This document shows positions 25,052 through 37,416 of a stretch of 37,545 bases of DNA, piece by piece. The translations under genes and the position numbers were made by a program. The number at the start of each line of letters is the position of its first letter. The first letter of the stretch is position 1. The notes beneath the pieces were generated by a model. The model searched no databases. It saw only the letters and a program-made list of their open reading frames with translations, and had not been told where the DNA came from. This stretch comes from Conidiobolus incongruus B7586 (taxonomy: Eukaryota), in assembly GCA_000697335.1 (NCBI GenBank), contig JNEM01011008.1:1-37545 (forward strand), read 5' to 3'.

Positions 25052-26473
25052 ATGATAGATAGGACAAAAGACATTAATTCAGACGAGACAACACCACTAG
25101 TGTCTAACACTCAGGAAGTCGAGACTCCTCTACTACAACCACAGTTTACCATTTTGTTATTTGCACGATTCTCAGAGCCCTTCGCATTCAGTCTGTTATT
25201 TCCCTTTGTTTACTTCATGGTGAAGGATTTCAACCTAACTGAAGATGAAACTCAACTTGGATACTATGTAGGTACCATAGCTGCTTCATTCGCAGTAACT
25301 CAAACCTGTACGAGTTTATTCTGGGGTAATTTATCAGATAGAGTAGGAAGAAAACCAGTGATTGTTACTGGATTAGTGGGATCAGGTATTAGTATGATCC
25401 TTTTCGGATTGAGCAAGAGTCTGGCTTGGGCAATTGTCACTCGAAGTATGACTGGTCTTTTGAGTGGAAATGTGTCAGTAATTAGATCGACCGCGACTGA
25501 GATGACAGATAAATCCAATAGGGGCAAGGCTTTCAGTTACTTACCTCTCATGGTGGGACTTGGAGGTGTTTTTGGTTCTGCCATTGGCGGCTACCTATCT
25601 AATCCTGTAGACAAATACCCAGCAATATTTGGAGGAATTGAATTCTTTAAAAGGTATCCTTACTTTTTACCATGTCTAATGAGCGGTATTCTTAATTTCA
25701 CCAATGCTATACTTTGTTATTCATTTTTGGAAGAAACTTTGGCTTCTAAAAAGATTAAAGGTTTGCAAGATACGGAGAGATTGATCGATTCTCAACCCTC
25801 TACATCCACCAATTCACCTTCTGCTATGAATCAAACTAGCAAATTTTCAATATCAATACAGAGCAAAATTGTTATTTTTGCATTTGGTTTAGTTACACTG
25901 GTGACAGTAATTTCTAATGAACTTTTTATTTTGTGGTCAGTGACATCCGTATCTAAAGGAGGACTGAATTTTAAGACCCACGATATATCTAATATCTTAA
26001 CTGTTGGTGGTATCTGTATGCTATTTATTCAATTATATACCTTCTCCTTCATCCAAAAACGCCTCGGAGTCTTAAATCTTTATCGCCATGTATTCCCAAT
26101 ATATATCATAACAAATATTGCTATGCCAATGTTGAATTATTTAATCAAGTATGATCATTATACTCTGATGTGGATTTGTCTAATTTTCTTAAATATTCTG
26201 AGAGGAATATGTTTAGTTATGGCCGCAATTAGTCTACAATTGATGCTCGTTGACACCGTGGGTGATCAAGGTAACTTGGGTACTTTAAATGGATACAATC
26301 AAACATTGTCCAATTTTAACAAAGCGATTGGACCAATTATCTGTGGTGCTGCTTATAGTTGGTCACTTAGTCATGATTATTACTTCCCTTTGAACCAACA
26401 TTTCGTTTGGTTTATACTCGTCATTTTATGTGGAATTAACTATTTGATTTCGTATTATATTAAAATCCAATAA
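25052..26473 (+). CDS. MFS transporter (ZIFL/YCR023C-like), intact copy C (473 aa from the first ATG)
   Basis: Single-exon ORF; RFSEPF; WGNLSDRVGRKPV; YPYFLPC; TATAAATA near 25002. Confidence 0.94.
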   Translation: MIDRTKDINSDETTPLVSNTQEVETPLLQPQFTILLFARFSEPFAFSLLFPFVYFMVKDFNLTEDETQLGYYVGTIAASFAVTQTCTSLFWGNLSDRVGRKPVIVTGLVGSGISMILFGLSKSLAWAIVTRSMTGLLSGNVSVIRSTATEMTDKSNRGKAFSYLPLMVGLGGVFGSAIGGYLSNPVDKYPAIFGGIEFFKRYPYFLPCLMSGILNFTNAILCYSFLEETLASKKIKGLQDTERLIDSQPSTSTNSPSAMNQTSKFSISIQSKIVIFAFGLVTLVTVISNELFILWSVTSVSKGGLNFKTHDISNILTVGGICMLFIQLYTFSFIQKRLGVLNLYRHVFPIYIITNIAMPMLNYLIKYDHYTLMWICLIFLNILRGICLVMAAISLQLMLVDTVGDQGNLGTLNGYNQTLSNFNKAIGPIICGAAYSWSLSHDYYFPLNQHFVWFILVILCGINYLISYYIKIQ

Positions 26474-26804
26474 TGATTAATGGTATATTCAATTTTTTAA
26501 TAGCGGTTGGTATTTCAGAATAAATATCTCAAAAACTTACATTTTTTAATGACGTATACTTATATTGGATATATTATATTTATGACTATATATTAATAAT
26601 CTACCATAATAAATTATAATCAAAATAATGTAAATATTAACATATATATTTAAAAACTAGGTTAATCAATATATCCAACTTAATAAATTTATTAATTTTA
26701 TTGAATCAAGAATTAATATTTCTTAAAATTTGGCAAATATTATTTCTAAAGAACATTTCTGGAGAATAAAGCTCAAAATGTTGTAAAAGGAAATGTAATT
26801 TCAA

Positions 26805-27140
26805 TATATTTAAACGAATATGATCAATATGTTCTGATGTGAGTTTATCTAATTTCCTTAAACATTTTGAGAGGAATATACATTATTATGACAATGACAA
26901 GTTTACAGTTTATTCTAGATGGCACAGCTGATAATAAGGGCAATTTGATAATTTTAAAACTTTATAATCAACCTTTATCGAATTATTTCAGGCTACTGGA
27001 CCAACTTTATGCCGCGTCGTCTACAGCTAATCTCTTAAACATTGATATCACTTTCCTTTGAATGGATATTTTAATTTGTATTTATTAATTTTGCAATGCA
27101 GAAGCAATTATAGTATACTATAGTTTATTTAACTTAATTA
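26805..27140 (+). pseudogene. Degraded C-terminal fragment of the same MFS family
   Basis: Translates to YDQYVLM*VYLISLNILRGIYIIMTMTSLQFILDGTADNKGNL..., matching YDHYTLMWICLIFLNILRGICLVMAAISLQLMLVDTVGDQGNL of copy C. Contains stops and frameshifts; boundaries are approximate. Confidence 0.8.
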
Positions 27141-28990
27141 GATACTCTAATAACTTTAACAATTGAAAATTTTTTATTTTGATTTTGATATTTAGAACTT
27201 AAAATTTAGAAAAAAATCATTTTTAATTTCATTAATTCAAAAGATATATATAATTTAATAAATATTGACAGTTTAAATTTTTATTATTAACTGATTAGAA
27301 TATTGATTATTTTTCAATTATTTTTTATATACTTGCTTAATCAAATCTCTTTTATATATAGATTGAAATTTAATGTTATTAAAATATATACTCTAGTTAA
27401 GTTTAAGTTAACCATTAATATCTGAATAATATCTTTCATAATTATTTCAATATTATTTTAGATGAGTTTAACTAGAATATTGGAAAATCAAATAAAAAAC
27501 ACTTAATTAAATATTAAAAACTTTATTTTAACTATATAAAATAATATTATATCTTTCATATTTTTTTAATTTTTATATAATGAAAAGATTTTATTCAAAA
27601 TAAAATTTGAGTTATCATATAACTTTCTTTAATTTTTCAAGTATAGCTTTATAAAATTAATAAAATTCTAAAAATTTAAGTTGATATAAAATTTTATATC
27701 TATTTTACTCTTTTAATTTATAAATTAATTATATAAAATTAATCAATCTATAATATAAAAAATCAAAATTATAATAATAATAATATAAATGACAACTATT
27801 GTATTATCTCAAAGTTAAAAAAATTATATTATAAATAAATAGGAGAATATATAGTTTTAAACTATACTGAGGGAGTATTTTAACTCCTTGTTCCAAGAAC
27901 TGGTGATATTCTAGATAATCCATTTTATAAGCCACTGTTTGATGAGTTTGAAATATTTAAACTATCCAACTTTCCTAAATAAACCCTCTCCTCTATTTCT
28001 ATTAACTTTAACTTTACTCTTTCTTTATCTTTTACTTACCTTTTTGGCTCTTTTGCCTGATACTTTATATCCTTTTACAGAATTCCTCCCAATGGGGCAA
28101 GTTTAAACCCTAACAAAATAATGATTTAATAAAAGATATAGGTTTTAATTACATTGTAATAAAAGGAGCTAAAGAATATCAATTAATTATAGACCAACAA
28201 ATCCATTTTAAATAGGAGGTAATATGGACTTAACTATCAAATCTAGACAGACAGATATTTTTGAAATACAACAATATTATATATCATTGTATAAATTATC
28301 AATTTTTGATCTTATTGAAAAAGGTAAAATATATTTCAAATACATTTTATAGAGTTAATATTGCTAAAATTGGTTTCGATATTGATATAAATTTATTGAA
28401 ATTGTTTTAAATTCTGAAATATGTGAAAAAGTATTTTCAAAACGTTGTAAATAAATAATCAAATAGCTGTAATTGGTATTATAATTTCATCAATTAGTGA
28501 AGAAGGAATTGATAAATTAGATCTTGAATAGTTTAAAAAAGTCAAATTAACCCAATATTCAAAACTAATAAAATAACTTGGAATCATTTAATGATTATTA
28601 AATCAACTTGAATCAATAGAAATTATAATCAATTGAAATATTTATCAAAATGCCATAAAGAATATAGAATAATAAACAAGTTGAAAATAAATTTAATAAG
28701 AATAGTATAGTTGAAATGGTATAATAAACTTATAATCATGCTTGAATATTTATTAAATCTGATTATATATTATAAACTGACTCTAAGTTGAAAAATCAAT
28801 TGAAAGCATATTGGTCTGATATTTGATTTTGTCGATTTCCACAAAAATAAGATCAAAAATATTCAATTAAAAATTATCTAATCCCATAATTTCATCAATT
28901 CAAAAATATATATATATATATATATTAATTTTTTTCAATCAAAAGCAACTTTTGAATGATTGATCATCGTTAACAATTTAATCAATTAAT

Positions 28991-30811
28991 ATGAGTCAAA
29001 TCAAAAACCTCCAACAACAAATTATCGATCATGGTAATAAAGTACGCCAATTAAAAGCTGACAAGACCGAAAAAGAAGTAATCGATGCTGAAGTACAAAT
29101 TCTCAAAGATCTCAAAAAGAAGCTAGCAGAATTAACTGGGGAAGACCCCTCAGAAAATAAAAAGAAGTCAAAGCAATTCGTATTAAAAACTCCCAAGGTA
29201 TTGCTTACAGCTTTGAATTCGGGTTGAATATTAATAGTAGAATAGGGTACCAAAGATTACAATGATAAGGAGATGGCTATTCGTGAACAAATTTTCAGTA
29301 CCATTACCAAGGTTTTTAAGAAGCACGGAGCTATTACGATTGACACCCCAGTTTTCGAACTCAAAGTAACCCTAATTGTATAATTGATATGCCAGCGAAA
29401 TTAATTTGTAATAGGATATTTTAGCTGGCAAATACGGTGAAGATTCTAAATTAATCTATGATTTGGAAGACCAAGGAGGCGAAAAATGTTCCTTACGTTA
29501 TGATTTAACAGTAATTAGTCAAAAAATGTGTGATGGAATGATATTAATATTAGTGTTAGGTTCCTTTCGCTCGCTACTTGGCTATGAACTGCACAGCTAA
29601 TCAATCCATCAAGAGATATCAAATCGCCAAAGTATACAGAAGAGATCAACCCGCTATGACCAAGGGAAGAATGAGAGAATTTTACCAATGTGTAAGTAAA
29701 TGAATTTGACATTTAATCAATGTATTAAGACTTGATCTAATAGGATTTTGACATTGCCGGCAATTTCGAGCCCATGGTACCCGACAGCGAAGTGATAACC
29801 ATTATGGCTGAAGCTTTAACAGAATTAGAAGTTGGTAAATTCATCATTAAACTTAACCATCGCCAAATCTTGGATGGATTGTTCCAAGTTTGCGGTGTGC
29901 CCGAAGACAATATCCGTCCTATTTCCTCAGCTGTTGACAAGCTCGATAAATTACCTTGGGCCGATGTTAAGAAGGAAATGGTCGAGGAGAAGGGATTGGA
30001 TCCCGCTGTCGCCGATAAGATCGGAGAGTATGTCAAATTGAATGGTGGTAAGGAGCTCTTGGACAAATTGGAGCAAGACGAAGTGTTAATGGCCAACGAG
30101 AGTGCTAAGCAAGGTGTCGCCCTCATGAAGGTCTTATTCAAGTACTTGGAAATTTTCGACGTTTTGGATAAGGTCAAGTTCGATTTGAGTTTAGCTAGAG
30201 GACTTGACTACTATACCGGCGTCATTTACGAAGCTGTTTTAGCTGACATTGACGAATCTACCCCTGAAGAACTTGCCGCTAAGAAGAAATCTTCCTCCAA
30301 GAATGATGAGGATGACGACAGCCAAGTTCGCGTTGGTTCCATTGCTGCTGGTGGTCGATACGACAACTTAGTCGGAATGTTCGCTCAAGGTGCTAAGAAG
30401 AACAGCTCCCTTCAAATTCCCTGTGTCGGTGTCAGTATTGGTGTTGAACGTGTATTCTCTATCCTTCTCAAGCGCTCCAAACTCGAAGAGGTCAAAGCTA
30501 ATCAAGCTCAAGTTTACGTCATCGCCGTCGGGGACGGTCTTTTGGAAGAACGTATGAAGCTCTGCTCCGAACTCTGGAAAGCTGGTATTGCTGCCGAATT
30601 TGCCTATAAGGCTAAGCCCAAACTCCAAAATCAGTTCACTTACTGTGACAAAGAACATATTCCTTACAGTGTTATCATTGGTCAAGGTGAATTAGATCGT
30701 GGTGTTGTCAAGATTAAGAATATGACCAGTAAAAATAAGGAAGAAGGTGATGGTGTTGAAGTCCCCAGGTCTGATTTGATTAAAGAATTACAAACTAGAT
30801 TAAATTTGTAA
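28991..30811 (+). CDS. HTS1: Histidyl-tRNA synthetase with N-terminal WHEP domain, 5 exons, ~540 aa
   Basis: Exons 28991-29197, 29246-29365, 29415-29510, 29560-29691 and 29744-30811. Motifs [71 protein letters not shown]. Confidence 0.97.
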
Positions 30812-31028
30812 TCATATTTTACTAATAATAAACCTAATTTTTGATCATTAATATTCAATTTATCAATGCAATCCCATCTCCTCAAATCTTTCTTACAAAT
30901 CCCGATTTTAGTTCATTGATTTATTTGATAAATATATATATATTTATATAAACATAATGTCAATTAATGAATCAAAAATATATTTATTAAACAGTAAACT
31001 AAATAATTAACATAAAAAACTAGTATTT

Positions 31029-33177
31029 TTAATAAACGTGAGCTAAACCATGTTTACGACCGTCACTCAATGCTAAGAAAATATATCAATATTCAAATAT
31101 AAAAAGCTAATCATATAATTTACCTTCAATTTCCTTATTTTTCAACCTCTTGACAATTTGAACAACAGATTTGTGACCTGGCCACTTAGTAACATTATGA
31201 CCCTTATTCAACAAATCATCGATAATCCCCTGATCAAAAGTTTTCTCAAGGAACACACTCTCGGGAATCAACTGATGATGAATTCTAGGAGTATCGATAG
31301 CAGCGTTAAGGTCTTTGCCATTAACCAAATTTTCCACCAGGATTTGAGCTACAGCTGAAAGGATACGACTGCCACCACTGCCTCCCAAAGTTATGAGTTC
31401 ACCGTTGGGAGTCACGACAATTGTAGGGACTGTTGAACTCAATGGACGTTTTTTGGGCTCTATCCAGTTCAAGGGACTTGGGAACAGGCCGAAATCGTTA
31501 CTGACACCCGGAATACTGAAATCGTCCATTTCATCGTTGAGGATGATACCAGATTTGGGTGTCATTAAATGGCTACCAAAGATGAGATTTACAGTGCTAG
31601 TTAAGCTTACAGCATTGCCATCGGAGTCAATTACCGAAATGTGAGTAGTACCTGGAAGCTCCTTGGTATCGTACTTGGGGTGATAGTATTCAAAGTTATG
31701 AGTTTTTGACATATCGACTTCGTCGGATAATTTGTCAATATATTTGTCAGTTAATATCTTTTTGGAGTAGCTAGTAATATTTTGGTGAAAGGCGGGATCT
31801 GCAATCTGAGTTCTCATAGCGAACCCGAATTTGAGACATTCTACAAATTTGTGATAAAGTTCGGATTGATTGCCTATACCGTGACGTTGAATGACAGTTT
31901 CTAAGAGCTTCAATGTACTGATTAAAATGGTACCAGCACTTGGAGCAGAACTAGAAATGACTGTAGAGTTGAAGAATTTACCAATGGATGGTTCTCTGGT
32001 TATTGGCTCATAATTCTTCAAATCTTCAAGGGTTAAAATACCACCATGTTTGTTAGCGAATTCTACAATTTCCTCAGCGATGGGACCTTCGTAGAATGCC
32101 TTGCTACCAACTTGAGAAATTTGTCTCAGTGTCTGTCCTAGTTCTGGACGTTTTATTAATTCATCAATTTCTACTAATTTGCCACTGGGTGCGTAAACTT
32201 TGGCAAATTCTGTATTAGTCAAAATCCAATCTTCATTTTCTCTCAACTGCTTGACCAATTCGACACCTGCTGGGAATCCCTGTTCACATAATTTTATAGA
32301 TGGTTCAAATAATTCGCTCCATGGTAACTTTCCATACTTTTTATGGAGTTTTTCGTAACCTTTAACTTCGCCAGGGACTGCTACGGATAGACCGCCCACA
32401 AGGATTTTGTTGGGGTCATCATTGTACATAGTTTTATTGGAGGCTTTGGGTGCAGTTTCGCGGAAGTCAATTAATTCCGACTTGCCGTCCGATGTGCGGA
32501 TTATAACAAATCCTCCTCTATGACAAATGGGTTAATGATCTATTTAGAAATTGATATGTATGATATATTTTTATTTACCCTCCAATGCCTAAATTATTGT
32601 ATTAGTAACATAATAATTTATTAAATAAATTTGGAATTTACCTGACGAAAATCCATTCATAACACCTATACAAAGACCAGTAGCAATGGCGCTATCGACA
32701 GCCGATCCACCTTGTTTCAGAACTATAGAATCATTATGATTAATATCTTTTGAAAAGAAAATATTTCAATAAAACTTACTATCTACACCAATTTCAGAAC
32801 ATTTTCCATTTTCACTAGCTACACCAGCATGTTTGCCCCTAACCAATGTGGTAGGTACCTCTTCGTATGGGTTTTTAGATACTTCGGTAGCTTTAACTTT
32901 ATTATAATTAGTCAATAATAACTGCACAATTTATGATCAACTTACTATGTTTTGAGTTGTTATTATTACTATAACTTATCCATTTCACCGAAAACCAAGC
33001 GAAAGTACCAAGTAGTAAAACATTCACAATAAGCAGCAGTAACTTATTACGATGGGGTAACAATCCCTTCTTCTTTTTGGGAACTGATTCTTTTAATAAA
33101 GGCTCAAATTCATTATTATTAATTGATAATTTAACAAATTTGGAATCATTCTCCAACTGATTATTATTCACTATCAT
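31029..33177 (-). CDS. GGT1: Gamma-glutamyltranspeptidase (type II membrane anchor), 6 exons, ~623 aa
   Basis: Minus-strand exons 33177-32946, 32890(or 32896)-32780, 32722-32642, 32588-32579, 32517-31124 and 31072-31029. Motifs GGSAVDSAIA, SGIGGGGF, IDFRETAP, VAVPGE, catalytic GTTHISV, NDEMDDFS, KRPLSS, GGSGGSRI, SDGRK. Confidence 0.95.
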
Positions 33178-35871
33178 TATTTTCAAATAAATTAAATTAT
33201 ATTTTTAAAAAACTTATTTTAAAATTAAAAAAATTTTAACACTGAAATAAAATTTAAATATTATTAATAATGAAGTTGAAAGTATACAGTATTTATAGGG
33301 ATTTAAAATTGCATGAATTAAAGATTATTAATACTGAATGGATAAGGGTTGAATTAGTGTCATGAGACCATTTGATTAGTGTGACCCTCAACAGTCCTAA
33401 AATTAAGTGAGATAATATAATAGTGGAAATTTAGTAGAAAGTTGTTGATACAATATATCTCAATATTGTAATAGATTATTAAATAATGAGTATATTAACT
33501 TTAATAATGGTATTCAATTCTAAGAATTTATATTAATCTGATTATTACTATTTATCAAAAAAAATCTAGATTTGATAGACTTTGTTAAAGATTAAAATAT
33601 GACTCATAAAAATTTTTGGATAATTTATTTTGCCATTCGACATCCAACAAAAATTGTAAATTAAAATTTACTAAATTAGGTATAATAAGAACTAGATAAT
33701 TCTTCAGAAAACCCTGAATAACTGTTAGTGGCAAATTGGAAATTGGCATAATTACTTGATTTGAATATTGGTTAACGATTAGAGCTGTGGTTCTATGAAT
33801 CGATAAACAATATAATATTTTATCAATAGAATTCGACTATGTTAAAACACTTGAGGAATCACACACGCAGATTAATTTGAGATGATTTGGTGTATATCCT
33901 GATAATCAATTTTGAAATATTGTGCCAATGAATCAAGTAATACTAGTCAGAATAAATTATCAATATGCAATATTAATTGTCAGCAATCTAGTATTAATAT
34001 TTGTAGAAGGATTTCTTGAACAATTCAATGAAATGATTAATGATTTCTTTGATAAATGTAATCTTAATGAATATATAGATTCTTAATTCTTTAATCAATG
34101 TTCACCATTTATGAAAGGAATTACCATTATTTTAGACAAAAATAGTGATTAGCTTAGATATTATAAATAATCTATTAACAACTAAAATGGGTCGCATAAT
34201 TTGTCATAAATTTCTCACTAGTATTTGAAAATACAACATGAATATTCCAATTATTTTGGATAAAACTTTTAAACTTCAAAAAATATGGTATTAAATTTTG
34301 GTGCACTCTATTGAAAATTGAAGTATCTGACCAATTTTTCTCAGAGAAGCTGAATTAAATAATTGAGTATTGGGTATATCAATCAAGTGACTGTTTTAAA
34401 TGTATCATTCCAATTCTTAATGAAGATTCGGATGAATTCAATTCTATAATAGAGTATAATTCTAGTAAATATTTAAGTATAAGTGATTCTAAGATATTAG
34501 TTGTTATGAACAAGACCAAATTACCATTTAGGATTTATTTGGTTATTGAAGTGCAGTGTGAAATTACATAACTCATAGTATTAATGTCTATAATTGATAT
34601 TTTTACATTTAATATATATCTGTTTAATGATAATTACGATCGATTCGCTTACTTTTTTATATCTGATTGAAAAAAAACCAGGAGTTTTTTAATAAATGAG
34701 AAACACTTGCTTAAGGTCACCCATATGTTTTTGAACCAATAATAATTGAACAACTATTAACAGAATTATTGGATAATTAAAGACTACATTTTATTAAAAT
34801 TGTTTATTACAGATTCAAATAATCAATAGTAAGCATTCCTACAAGTAGTATTTAAATTTAAACTCATTTATTTAAATAAAATTATAAAAATTTCAATATT
34901 TTGTACTATTGCTTTATTGTATATCTGATGAAAATAAAATAATCTATTTGAAATTCAATTATTATAATTATTGCCAATATTATCACTATTCAAATATTTG
35001 ATTCTAAAATTTTTCAATTAAACACCATAGTGTTCAAATTAAATTTTAAAATATTTTAAGCAATAATATCAAAGTCAATTCTTAAATTTATAGTTTTTTT
35101 TCTGTAAAACTCAACTAAGAAAATGTTTAAATTATTAAAAATTATTAAATTTTAAATTTTAAATTAGATCTTATTATAATTAGTTATTGATTAATATTTT
35201 ATTACTTTAACCCTTTACCAATTTTGTTCTAATATTTTTTTCATTCAAATTGAAACAATATTAAATTATACAGTAGTTATTCATTGTTCATTTTAAATTT
35301 AATACAATGTATTCATTGTCTATTTTATGATAATTATTCATTATTTGTCTAGTTTTTCAAGTTTCATCATGAAATGAGAAAACCATTTATTATTTAATTA
35401 AAGTGTAATTAAAAACAAAAAAGTTACTAATATATTTGGAAATGACATTTTGAAACCTATTTTATCAAACTTGAGCTATAAGCTTTTGAAGTGAATTAAT
35501 TATATTAATGATTATATATATAAATCAATATGATAATATTAAAACCAAATTTAATAGAGCTATAGCCACAATGAAATTTTTGATTATTGTTAATTTAGAG
35601 TGTGTAATTCATAGCATTCCTTATTATAGTTCTATTTAGATCTGAGTTGACAGACTTAAAACTTGAAAATTTATCACTTGACTAATATAAGCTGATTTAG
35701 TTCATGTATTAGTTGAATCCCATTTATTGCAATTGTATTATATTATAGATTATGTTTAATAATATCCACTCTCTATGTTTCTTACTATAATAATAATTCA
35801 AATTTATAATAGAATATTATATTAAATAGTTTTATAATTTTATAATAATTCTATAATTACATCTAATATTA

Positions 35872-37179
35872 TTACTTTGCATTTTTAATAATGGGAATTT
35901 TTTGCAATTAAAAATAAATAAACATTTGAATATATGATATATAAAAATAAATATATAATATAAATTTAATAGTTTCTTTTATTATTAATAACTTTTTGCT
36001 ATACTTTTAACAAACTTCTAACACCTAAAAAACAATTCTTTTTATTAAAGATTGAAATTTGATGTTTCACAAACCAATTAAATTTTCCTGTAGAAATTTT
36101 CTTTCTTATAAGCTGGTTTTTTAATTACCTAAAGCAATTATAATTACATAGGTTATAATCAAAGGAATATACTAGATATGGTAGTTTTTTCTAGTTATTT
36201 TTAATTAGAAAGTTTTTTACAGCTTTAGATTTATGTATTTTATAATTATCATGTAAAATAATAAGTCTTCTTAAATTATATTGAGAACACTAATTAGAAA
36301 TACTTTTATTTAAAAAAACAATATATAATTTATTATTAATTAATTTTCCTTCAGGAACTAAATAAGAATAGCATATACTATTATAATCTATTATAATAAT
36401 TAATATTTACTTATTAATAAAATATTTATTTAAAGGGATTTGTAGAGAAGGTTAATTTAACTTAATCTAGCATTTTGATTTGTGTTTTAGTAAAAGATTA
36501 TACATAAAGATTTAAGATTCATCAATTGTAATTATTTGCTGTAAAAGTCTAGGCTTCTAGTAATATTTTAATAGGTTTTGTTTAACAATAACTACTCTAG
36601 CTTTTTTTTAAGCTTTAGTTAAATTATAAGGTATTTATTTTATATTTTTATTTATTAATTTTAGTTTAAACTTTAAAATATATAAAATACTTGTAAAACT
36701 AATATTAAAGTGCTTAGATAATTCTCTAGCTAAAATAAAAAGGTGCTTTTCAATATATTTTTTCACTCTATTTATAATTGAAAAAATAACAGTTAAAGTT
36801 AATCTTTTAGATTTTAACAGGTTTTGAATAGTTTCTCTTTTAGCTTTAAAGTAATTTACCTAGCAATAAATTGTTAATTTAGATAATGCTTCATTATTAA
36901 AAGCTGCTTGTAAATTTTAAATAATTTTAAAGGGTTTATGGTTAAGTTTTACTAATACCAAAATAAAAAACTTTTGATGATTACTATTTAGTTTAAGTAT
37001 GATTAAATTAAACAACCAATTTTAAAAAGTTAATTTTTTAATCAAAAAAACTAATATATATATATATTAAAAATATATAATTTCTTATTAACTTTGTATA
37101 TATTTATTTATTTCAAACTAATAATATGTTTGAAAAATCAGAAATTAAAAAATTTCCCATTATTTTAAATTCAAGGTAA
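35872..37179 (-). mobile_element. Full-length mariner (Tc1/mariner, DD34D) DNA transposon, inactivated, ~1308 bp
   Basis: TA at both ends (35870-71 and 37180-81). Imperfect ~30 bp TIRs: TTACTTTGCATTTTTAATAATGGGAATTTTTT versus TTACCTTGAATTTAAAATAATGGGAAATTTTT (the latter read on the minus strand). Encloses the transposase pseudo-ORF. Confidence 0.92.
35966..37000 (-). pseudogene. Mariner transposase pseudogene (345 codons, no frameshift, 13 internal stops)
   Basis: Manual translation: LQAAFNNEALSKLTIYC*VNYFKAKRETIQ (HTH); K*IPYNLT (WVPHEL); IITIDES*I (TGDEKW); ILHDNYKIH (HDNARPH); LPYLVYSFDYNLCNY (HPPYSPDLAPSDY); GVRSLLKV*QKVINNKRNY*. There are 34 residues between the HDN Asp and the third catalytic position, now AAT. 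Confidence 0.93.
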
Positions 37180-37278
37180 TAAATTTATTTTTTTTGATTA
37201 TTATTAAATATTTAAAATTTTTATAATATTAATTTTTTTTTGAGATTAATCAAAATTTTACAAATAATAATAATAATA

Positions 37279-37384
37279 TTACCTTGAATTTGAAATAATG
37301 GGAAATTTTTTAATTTCTGATTTTTCAAACATATTATTAGTTTGAAATGAATAAATATATACAAAGTTAATAGGAAATTATATA

Positions 37385-37416
<32 letters not shown>

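Noticed and set aside
16238..25527. Recurrent antisense ORFs inside the MFS genes (16238-16486, 20184-20402, 25300-25527 and others)
   Set aside because: They recur only because the sense-strand paralogs are homologous; no independent coding evidence.
29029..30885. Several antisense and alternate-frame ORFs over the HisRS gene (for example 29737-30177 minus, 30368-30685 minus)
   Set aside because: Shadow ORFs of a conserved, codon-biased gene; no recognisable motifs.
33400..34650. Moderately complex sequence suggesting a degraded gene upstream of GGT
   Set aside because: No ORF of 60 aa or more and no motif I could identify; cannot support a call without a homology search.
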